DNA from: a virus
Lineage: Duplodnaviria; Caudoviricetes
Strand: one strand, 5' to 3'
Virus record (IMG/VR): IMGVR_UViG_3300027881_000062
Location: 1-26,985 of that record
DNA: 26,985 nt
The notes beneath the pieces are model-generated. The model had not been told where the DNA came from, did not search any database, and saw only the letters and a program-made list of their open reading frames with translations. Below are positions 8,701-15,821 of this stretch, in pieces. The stretch's first letter is position 1, and each line of letters starts with the position of its first letter. The translations under genes were made by a program, and so were the position numbers.

Positions 8701-11700
8701 GAGTTTGTATTCCAACGAAATTCAAGAACGTTCTGCGCTGATTTGCGCTCGCCAGTTTTTGGCCAGTATGTACCAGTAATACCCCTATGCGCTTGGTTAG
8801 CCACACTCTCCGGATGGACGATACCTACATGCAAGTACCAATCCTCAAACACTGTACCCTGTGGTGCAGTCTGCTGTAGGAAATCTGGATCGAGATCTTC
8901 AGCCCCAGTCACAAGCCTGTCATAGCGGCCATTAGAGCCAACTTCAGGACCTGGGCCGAATCCCCTATTTACACGGCCATCCTCTAGCACTCGGGAGAAA
9001 ACGTAAAATATATAGGACAATTCCTTACTGAATAATGGAAATTCATGACTCCATTCGGATAGAGAATTACCATCACCCACCACACCATCATCCGTGATTT
9101 GCATGATTAAAGGGAACTCGCCGAAGGGCCCAAACTCATCCTGGATCAATGTAGTACGTGCCACGGCACCATCAGTCAATACCCAACCACCCATTGGATC
9201 GGATGGCGAGGCCTGTTCCCAACCTGCAAGGTTGATTAAATTAACCCCTGAGGCATTTGCCATGGCCACCACAGTTTGGGTGATAACAAAGCCATCCCCA
9301 CCAAACGAATAAGAAAACTCAACTGTGAATGAGTTTGTACCAGATCCACTAGGAGTTATTGTAATACGACCAGTATTTAGATCGGTATCTGGATGAGCAG
9401 TTGTGGCACCAGTCATCGTGCCGGTAACAGGATCAAGTGTCACTCTATAACCCTGCCGCGCCTCGTCAGTACCAGCCTTTATAAAGGTTACATCCAAATC
9501 TGTTGTTAATTGTGTAGGTATCCACGTGCTAAAACCTGTTCGCATCCAGGCCAAACCATTTTCAGGTTCTACAAAGCCAACAAGCGCATCCGCTCCAGCA
9601 CTACCATCAGCACCATCACTCACAAGTACATCGGGAGAGGTCCAGGTAACAGTTGTATCCGTACCGGTCTGGCCGACGATAGAAAATGAACCTGTGCTCA
9701 CATAAAGAGGATCGGTACCAGCAGGAGGTTCAACAAACCAATCATCCGGCGAACCGCCGCTTATTGATGGCGGTGTAAGAGTTTGTGTCGTAAAATTGTA
9801 GGATCCGTCATCTGCATCAGGAGTCGAAGGAGCGCTGGATTTACGAAGATAGATGTTTGCTACATGAACGCTGAGACCATCATCTCCATCACCCCCAGGT
9901 GCCCCGTCTGCGCCGTCCGAGGCTAGTATTACTGGTGCCGTCCAATCTACAGTGTTGTCAGTCCCTGTTGTACCATTGATTTCAAATGTGCCCGAAGAAA
10001 CGTACAGGGGATCGGTTCCCGCCGGCACCGTAATAGACCAATCGTCAGCAGAGCCTCCGCCTGTTGATGGCGGTGTAAGTACATTGGTTGAAAAGTTGTA
10101 GGAACCATCGTCATCAATTGGTTCAGTGGGTGCGGAAGATTTTCTTAAGAATACGTTGCCTACAAATACACTATTACCGTCTCCGCCATCCGCACCATCG
10201 CTCACAAGCACATCAGGAGAAGACCAAGTAACAGTACTATCCGTTCCAGTTTGGCCTACAACGGAGAAGGAGCCAGTACTCACATATAAGGGGTCAGTAC
10301 CCGCTGGAGGCTCGACAAACCAATCATCGTCTGAGCCTCCACTAATGTCGGGTGGTGTAAGAGTTTGGGTTGTGAAATTGTATTCGCCATCGTCTACGTC
10401 AGGAGTACTTGGCGCCGAGGACTTGCGAAGATATACATTAGCTACATGAACACTTAGGCCGTCGTCCCCAGGGTCTCCTGTTGCGCCGTCTGCTCCATCC
10501 TGCACCAACAAGTCTGGTGCTGTCCACACAACTGTGGTATCCGTTCCCGTCTGCCCTATAATTGAAAAAGATCCGGTTGAAACATATAGGGGATCGGTAC
10601 CAGCTGGAGGCTCAACCAACCAAGTACTTGGAGGCGTTAACGTATTTGTCGTAAAATTGTATTGTCCGTCATCTACAGACGGGGTGCCTGGTGCCGAGGC
10701 ACTTCTTTTATAAACGTTTGCCGTATATACACTGAGACCGTCATCCCCATCCGTTCCCGGACTACCTACCGCACCATCAGAGGCTAATATAACAGGCGCC
10801 GTCCAGTCCACTGTATTATCAGTTCCTGTCGCTCCCGAAATTTCAAAACTACCAGTCGAAACGTATAAAGGGTCGGAACCGGCGGGTACAGTTATAGACC
10901 AATCGTCAGCAGAGCCTCCACCAATGGACGGCGGAGTTAAGACGTTTGTCGTAAAATTGTAGGAACCGTCATCGTCAATGGGCTCGGTTGGTGCAGAGGA
11001 TTTTCTTAAGAATACGTTGCCTACAAATACACTGTTACCATCCCCACCGTCCGCACCATCCTGTACAAGTAAATCGGGCGCGGTCCACACAACTGTCGTA
11101 TCAGTACCTATTTGACCGACAATCGAAAAAGATCCGGTCGAAACATAAAGAGGATCGGTACCAGCAGGAGGTTCAACAAACCAGGTGCTTGGAGGCGTTA
11201 ATACATTAGTCGTGAAGTTATACTGACCGTCATCTACAGAAGGAGTGCCAGGAGCAGAAGCACTTCGCTTGTAGACGTTTGCTGTATATACACTTAGGCC
11301 GTCGTCTCCGTCTGTTCCCGGTGTTCCTGTTGCTCCGTCCTGCACCAACAAGTTGGGAGAAGTCCACGTAACAGTTGTGTCAGTTCCTGTCTGCCCTACA
11401 ATAGAAAAGGAACCAGTACTTACATATAAAGGATCAGAACCGGCGGGAGGATCCACCGCCCAAGTAGAAGGCGGCGTTAATGTATTTGTACTGAAATTAT
11501 ATTGGCCGTCGTCCACAGAAGGAGTGCTGGGAGGTGTAGCACTTCTTTTATAAACGTTTGCCACATATACACTAAGGCCGTCGTCTCCAACTGCGCCGTC
11601 TGCGCCGTCTTGTACAAGTAGATCGGGCGCGGTCCAGGTAACGGTTGTGTCAGTCCCTGTCTGCCCTATAATTGAGAACGAACCCACACTAACATATAGT

Positions 11701-14219
11701 GGATCCGTACCTGCAGGAGGCTCGACAAACCAACCTGTCGCAGGAGTTAAGACTTGCGAGGTGAAGTTGTATTGCCCATCATCCGCTGAAGGAGTGCCCG
11801 GTGCCGAGGCACTACGTTTATATATGTTTGCTACATGAACGCTGAGACCATCATCACCAGCCGCGCCTGTTGCTCCATCCTGTACGAGCAGGTCAGGTGC
11901 TGTCCAAGTTACTGTCGTATCAGTTCCTGTCTGCCCTACAATTGAGAAGGAACCAGTCGAAACGTATAGCGGGTTTGCACCAGCAGGAGGCTCGACACTC
12001 CAAGTAGAAGGTGGGGTTAAAACATTAGTCGTGAAGTTATACTGACCGTCATCTACAGAAGGAGTACTGGGTGGTGAAGCACTACGTTTATATACGTTTG
12101 CTACATGAACGCTGAGACCATCATCTCCATCAGCACCAGGGGAGCCATCAGCACCATCTTGTACGAGTAAATCGGGAGAGGTCCAGGTAACAGTTGTATC
12201 CGTACCACTGGCTCCTACAATGGAGAAGGATCCTGTGGAGACATATAAGGGATCAGCGCCCGCCGGTGGTGCCTCTGTCCATCCACTGGGTGGTGTTAGA
12301 ACTTGCGTGGTGAAGTTGAATTCACCATCATCCACAGATGGTGTGGAGGGCGGTGTTGCACTACGTTTATATATGTTTGCTACATAGACGCTGAGACCAT
12401 CCCCCAACTCTGTTGCGGTACCAGCCACGCCTGCTGTCGTAACAGGCTCAAAAGTAGAGAAGTTACCTCTATCATCTTCCGATCTAATCCAATAAAAACG
12501 CTCTACCGTATCGTTTACGGCATCCAAATAAATGTTGGCGCGTGTCTCCGCTATCAGCGAGGCCGTACCAACGTCATCAGTGACGGAACGGTGGACCTCA
12601 ATAAGGCTGAACAAACTAGCAGGTGGCCGTAACCATGTAAGCTCTACCACACCGGACTTCCCTTCAGCAGCAAGCGAAGTAGGCGGCGGGACGGTCCTTA
12701 CAGGCGGCGTAATTACTCCGGCAAGAGTTCTTGTTGTATATTCGCCGATCGTTGGATCGGTGTATCTTGTCGAAAAATCTTCCTTAAGTGTGACCTTGTA
12801 ATTACCCTCCGGAGTCGGTTCCCAACCAACACAACGGAAGACTTTATTGGTCCACGAAAACTCAGATAATGTTGCCTGACAAAAAAGGCCTGGAAGTATT
12901 TTGATGCCTTTCTCATTTAGGATTAGTTCAACTACCAGTTGGTTATCAAATTGGTCTAGCTTACGGATGGCAATACGTTGGGCCATGTATTCCGAATTGG
13001 TGAAACGCAGGGACATATCAAAGGGAAGATTGAGACCGTCATCCCTTGTAACGTAAGCCGCGTTAACAGCCGAATTGAATTCTGCAGTCTTGTAATCTCT
13101 GGCCGGATCAACATAGAACCCGGTGACCGTATTAAACCTTTCCGATTGCGGGGCCGTTCCCCTAATGTTTACATCACCGGCCAGCCAAGTTGAGTCTATT
13201 GTTTCAGTGGGCGTGTCATAGACTCCAGCATACATAGTCCATTCGCCGCCGGTCCAAAGTAGCCGACCACTCATGGCCTCCTTTAGCTGGTTCAGCAAGG
13301 TCTCATGGTTCTCGTCCGTAAAGAATGCGCCGTTAACAGTGAACCGTTTTTCAGTTGTCGAAGGCGGGATATCCACTGAGACATCACAAGCGTCTGCGGC
13401 ATCGGCTACGGAAGGCCAATCAATATCATCAGCCGGATCGGCGTCCATGTACACAAACAAATAGTCTGCAATACATAAGGCAGGATTGTCAGAGAACTCC
13501 CACGTAGTGTCGTCCGTATATCGATGGTCGCCGCTGCCACCGTTTGTATCATCCTTCCGAGGATCATAAATACGACGGCCTTCCATTAAGCATGTTATCG
13601 TATTAGGTGGGCCGGTCTTCCAAATGTCGGCCGTCTGTTCAATATATGTTAATGCAAGCCACGCATTGAAAACTCCGTTCAACTTGTGATCAGAAGTTTG
13701 TTCCGTATAGGATGTTATCTTCAGCGCATTAGCCGCTTGGGGATTATACCCTACCTGCCACTGTATCTTTAAGGCGTTCTGGCCGTCGTTTACGAATTCA
13801 GCTTTAGTTACTACTCCAGTACCTGTGCCTCCCAATCCAGGCCCGGTTGGAGGCGTCCAAGTAATTTGTCCGACAGTTATTTCTCTGTCGTCGAGGAAGA
13901 AGGAAATGGCCTCAGCAAGGTGATCCACAAAGGCCACCTCATAATTCAATACCTGGTTGTCGTCCCCAAGCGTATTATTATAAGTGACTGCGCCACTGAC
14001 TTTCGCTGTACCATAAACAATGCGGCGAGGCTCCAAGGCTCCCCTGGCCATTGTTTGCAACCCTGCGAAGGAAGTACGAGGTGCCTTCGGTCCGAAAAGT
14101 TTATTGGTAAGGGTAGATAGGAGTATAACTCCCGCAACCTTTGCAAAGAAAGCGATTACTTTATGGGCTGCGAAAAATGCTTTGATGGCAACGTAGGCAG
14201 CCTTTATTGCGGTTACCAT
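5715..14219 (-). CDS. Tail tip / central fibre protein (lambda J-like host-specificity protein), 2834 aa
   Basis: Hydrophobic N-terminus, RRIVYGTAKVSG, GRRIYDPR...WEFSDNPALCIADYL (tail-tip motifs), FN3-like PPPTSL...LTW...YWIRS, ten repeats, fibre-like C-terminus ending WVKRTDSLYELVGVGL; lies after TMP/Dit/hub/NlpC-like genes. Confidence 0.9.
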   Translation of the reverse strand: MVTAIKAAYVAIKAFFAAHKVIAFFAKVAGVILLSTLTNKLFGPKAPRTSFAGLQTMARGALEPRRIVYGTAKVSGAVTYNNTLGDDNQVLNYEVAFVDHLAEAISFFLDDREITVGQITWTPPTGPGLGGTGTGVVTKAEFVNDGQNALKIQWQVGYNPQAANALKITSYTEQTSDHKLNGVFNAWLALTYIEQTADIWKTGPPNTITCLMEGRRIYDPRKDDTNGGSGDHRYTDDTTWEFSDNPALCIADYLFVYMDADPADDIDWPSVADAADACDVSVDIPPSTTEKRFTVNGAFFTDENHETLLNQLKEAMSGRLLWTGGEWTMYAGVYDTPTETIDSTWLAGDVNIRGTAPQSERFNTVTGFYVDPARDYKTAEFNSAVNAAYVTRDDGLNLPFDMSLRFTNSEYMAQRIAIRKLDQFDNQLVVELILNEKGIKILPGLFCQATLSEFSWTNKVFRCVGWEPTPEGNYKVTLKEDFSTRYTDPTIGEYTTRTLAGVITPPVRTVPPPTSLAAEGKSGVVELTWLRPPASLFSLIEVHRSVTDDVGTASLIAETRANIYLDAVNDTVERFYWIRSEDDRGNFSTFEPVTTAGVAGTATELGDGLSVYVANIYKRSATPPSTPSVDDGEFNFTTQVLTPPSGWTEAPPAGADPLYVSTGSFSIVGASGTDTTVTWTSPDLLVQDGADGSPGADGDDGLSVHVANVYKRSASPPSTPSVDDGQYNFTTNVLTPPSTWSVEPPAGANPLYVSTGSFSIVGQTGTDTTVTWTAPDLLVQDGATGAAGDDGLSVHVANIYKRSASAPGTPSADDGQYNFTSQVLTPATGWFVEPPAGTDPLYVSVGSFSIIGQTGTDTTVTWTAPDLLVQDGADGAVGDDGLSVYVANVYKRSATPPSTPSVDDGQYNFSTNTLTPPSTWAVDPPAGSDPLYVSTGSFSIVGQTGTDTTVTWTSPNLLVQDGATGTPGTDGDDGLSVYTANVYKRSASAPGTPSVDDGQYNFTTNVLTPPSTWFVEPPAGTDPLYVSTGSFSIVGQIGTDTTVVWTAPDLLVQDGADGGDGNSVFVGNVFLRKSSAPTEPIDDDGSYNFTTNVLTPPSIGGGSADDWSITVPAGSDPLYVSTGSFEISGATGTDNTVDWTAPVILASDGAVGSPGTDGDDGLSVYTANVYKRSASAPGTPSVDDGQYNFTTNTLTPPSTWLVEPPAGTDPLYVSTGSFSIIGQTGTDTTVVWTAPDLLVQDGADGATGDPGDDGLSVHVANVYLRKSSAPSTPDVDDGEYNFTTQTLTPPDISGGSDDDWFVEPPAGTDPLYVSTGSFSVVGQTGTDSTVTWSSPDVLVSDGADGGDGNSVFVGNVFLRKSSAPTEPIDDDGSYNFSTNVLTPPSTGGGSADDWSITVPAGTDPLYVSSGTFEINGTTGTDNTVDWTAPVILASDGADGAPGGDGDDGLSVHVANIYLRKSSAPSTPDADDGSYNFTTQTLTPPSISGGSPDDWFVEPPAGTDPLYVSTGSFSIVGQTGTDTTVTWTSPDVLVSDGADGSAGADALVGFVEPENGLAWMRTGFSTWIPTQLTTDLDVTFIKAGTDEARQGYRVTLDPVTGTMTGATTAHPDTDLNTGRITITPSGSGTNSFTVEFSYSFGGDGFVITQTVVAMANASGVNLINLAGWEQASPSDPMGGWVLTDGAVARTTLIQDEFGPFGEFPLIMQITDDGVVGDGNSLSEWSHEFPLFSKELSYIFYVFSRVLEDGRVNRGFGPGPEVGSNGRYDRLVTGAEDLDPDFLQQTAPQGTVFEDWYLHVGIVHPESVANQAHRGITGTYWPKTGERKSAQNVLEFRWNTNSASPTLRLGGDALAGGAAGYNVQYCRPAVYILDGNEPTIQNYMRFLPESLIDRLVYDPEFTLSDHVSHLGWGTLKNKDSTWHVGKIGGTDSYLESEEPFVITGGTLEIDLSNILDQAGTTGVFLTNIHLAYYHTSNGTTATPLTTPPNIQAGDEVTVTIAYKLSASPTLAGTGTVRAYLAHTSTIDPDLRYVGQAATPDIEIDLTTASTGVWIEVQQTMTVQQTVKMQGSGGLGSLVLEIPNSYTAGELIIGKFDWTRSPAKFTGAQKSGVVAAPATSTGKFLKDDGTFADVSGAIADGTVTDATLRWNGSAWVEETGVKILSTGALAAGSLATGGYHWQATAGTITANSTDGWVQIASQDANNGRGGALITICSQGGSGAPMPMEIYVPATWGANASALHLRGTNEGTSGISLIRSGYDATNQKYIDIQVTGVTDITFAITCQAWPATTGPGYGWIVDPNLTAHTPTSSHQFNPNQALAAIFAADGATVWWQDANDTKTSTHLSIQGGHGLYMEDTGGSSYGMFYTSSSNTFTFNHSGLSFFNLTIGAMQLLNASKLRLYNSDNNDYFTQYHDGTDYRMTGYQTASVWLEDVTLSMGTASYHRDTLASKAFGYSATYRGLMIGNDLATAGTTQTLFFGVDPADITDGALWSGDGHEYWFRRISTFASPNGAGTGIEPWMELNANNVTFPGQVTVSSLLNANAGIQLSSQFIDNDGYLKLAGGATTGGIQLYEDDKATLRGYVYFDTGAFGLLNNLGAWALRVPHGTDDLQVYGDLYINQDTIGHFTSVTGGFGSVQVTGGEGTNSSYHGYSIGARHSYMDNGSTSSGLYNDTNDEWFVYCLDNSYVELYYNGVGEVRTKDSNAADSISGFQAKDYAQNFRDVGFGDMTQIAKSGSSTYTISELAVHKRIRVTNIAGGITFANDGGIPVDAVGWIVNATLSNLVLVDASNNLEIFSGDATLRNTGNMILAGKGWCTWVKRTDSLYELVGVGLSQE
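9590..12402 (-). repeat. Ten in-frame tandem ~87-100-aa domain repeats joined by short collagen-like Gly-X-Y linkers (boundaries approximate)
   Basis: Unit DG(L/N)SV..(A/G)N.(Y/F)...DDG.(Y/F)NF....LTP...W...PAG..PLYVS.G.F...GTD.TV.W(T/S).P; linkers such as DGADGSPGADGDDG. Confidence 0.95.
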
Positions 14220-14603
14220 TTAAACTCTCCACCTATAGCCAATATATTCTAGTGGCCAATCCATTATGCTCGCCTTTGTCTTTACAGCTACTCGGTCGCC
14301 TATAACAATCCCAACAAGCCACGTCCCGTCTTCCTGTAAACAGGCCACCACATCATATTCTTCAATGGGGCATTCTTTGGGAAGTGGTGCGCCTAATATA
14401 GCTGTGGTGGCATCGACCAAGTTGCCATACTTTGCTATTGCTTTGGCCGCACCTACTTCATTCGAGTAATCGAACACATCCATTGGATTGTATCCCTTAA
14501 CGTGTTCGAGGACGGCGCCAGCAAATTGGCAGCAATCATAGCCGTAAGAAAACGGACGGCGAGACCATTCTAACAAAAGGGCAGGAAGCGAAGTATTGCT
14601 CAC
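14220..14603 (-). CDS. NlpC/P60-like tail assembly protein (DUF6950 / lambda K-like)
   Basis: PFSYGYDCCQFA motif; position between hub and tip genes; GTG start overlaps the upstream stop. Confidence 0.75.
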   Translation of the reverse strand: MSNTSLPALLLEWSRRPFSYGYDCCQFAGAVLEHVKGYNPMDVFDYSNEVGAAKAIAKYGNLVDATTAILGAPLPKECPIEEYDVVACLQEDGTWLVGIVIGDRVAVKTKASIMDWPLEYIGYRWRV

Positions 14604-15226
14604 GGAATATCCTGTCCTCTGTCAGTGTACCAATCGTCATCTCTATTGGCACCACTGTCTATCGTGGCCGGATCTCTATGACCCCACGTTAATTTGAGAT
14701 CCTTCATTTGTGCTACGAATTGTAGGCCAAGGTCTCCCGAGGATTTCTTTTGTTGGCTTTCGTCTGTGTATCTTGTACCAATCTTCTTGTTGAGGATGGC
14801 CAGAACGTGCTGGACAATAATACTAACAGAGTTATCGGACCCACGAACTCCACTACCATGTTCCACTCGGCCTTTATAGAAATTCCATGGCGTTCCGACA
14901 AGTGTTCCGTCATCATTTCTATAACCAATGTATAGGAAAACTTTGTCACCATAATTGGCCGCGTTCATGGATTCCGTAAAGATATTGGAATCCAATCCGG
15001 TCAAAGTCATGGTTACAGGAGAGGGCACTAAGTTTTCAGTTTCAGAAAGGCCACTGAGACCTCCCAAATTACCTATGCCCAAATAATCATTCGATTCAAA
15101 ATTGATTATTCCGAGGCCGGTATGTGCGTAAACTGGAGTAGTGAAATCTATCCTGGCCAATAACACAGGATGAATATGAGTGCCTTCCGCATGTGCTTCT
15201 GTAGCCGCGGCAAGAGTTCTACTCAT
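14600..15226 (-). CDS. Tail tip hub/minor tail protein (lambda L/DUF2163-like), 208 aa
   Basis: Start re-assigned to ATG 15226 (MSRTLAAA). Motifs YLGIGNLGGLS, MTLTGLD, RYTDESQ...GDLGLQFVAQM...LTWG. Confidence 0.8.
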   Translation of the reverse strand: MSRTLAAATEAHAEGTHIHPVLLARIDFTTPVYAHTGLGIINFESNDYLGIGNLGGLSGLSETENLVPSPVTMTLTGLDSNIFTESMNAANYGDKVFLYIGYRNDDGTLVGTPWNFYKGRVEHGSGVRGSDNSVSIIVQHVLAILNKKIGTRYTDESQQKKSSGDLGLQFVAQMKDLKLTWGHRDPATIDSGANRDDDWYTDRGQDIP

Positions 15227-15821
15227 TTGGAATCCCCATGGCCGCGAAAGATAATGTGCTGACCATATTCTTTGTAGTGTTGAAGGTGAAAGTCCCATCA
15301 CTAAGGACAAGGATTTCTACTGGCGTAATCACGTCAACGGAAGAATCGGTCGCCGGCGCCACGTAAATCCTTGGCGACAGGGATAGAACAGCTTGGCCTG
15401 ATCCATTTGTATCAACGTCACTGTCCACAGAATACATTTTATTGCCGAGCCCTATTCTGTCTCCGGCCTTCGCCCAATCAGTAATGTTATTGGGACAGTT
15501 ATCAATGTTTAAAGTCTTTCCTGTTTGGCTGCCGCCATTAACAAGCGGGCTACCGCCTAACGATCCCCGCTGCACATGACCAAAGTCTTGCATAGTGAAG
15601 CGGTGCTGCATTCCATTCAGCTTGTGCATGAAGGCTAACAGGTCAGCCCTATCATCCCCTTGCAAGATAGACCAAGCCGCTCTTACAAGCCAGCGCTCAC
15701 CTTCTCTGTCTGCTGTCTGTACGTAGTCTCCGAAAGGGCTTCGGAAAACGGCCGCATTGGATTCGCCTATCCAAAACGATAGGTTGGATGGCTGTATATT
15801 AGGAAAAGCATACGTGGTCAT
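15219..15821 (-). CDS. Distal tail protein (Dit-like)
   Basis: Directly after TMP with an ATGA overlap; FRSPF...QT...GERW and LNG...RF motifs. Confidence 0.75.
   Translation of the reverse strand: MTTYAFPNIQPSNLSFWIGESNAAVFRSPFGDYVQTADREGERWLVRAAWSILQGDDRADLLAFMHKLNGMQHRFTMQDFGHVQRGSLGGSPLVNGGSQTGKTLNIDNCPNNITDWAKAGDRIGLGNKMYSVDSDVDTNGSGQAVLSLSPRIYVAPATDSSVDVITPVEILVLSDGTFTFNTTKNMVSTLSFAAMGIPNE

Noticed and set aside
9590-12402. Tail repeats as a CRISPR array or DGR template/variable repeats
   Set aside because: In-frame coding repeats without unique spacers; differences are not obviously adenine-specific, and no reverse transcriptase or cas gene is in the window.
1582-12402. Both repeat arrays contain ten units
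   Set aside because: Units are unrelated in size and sequence; there is no evidence the match is more than coincidence.
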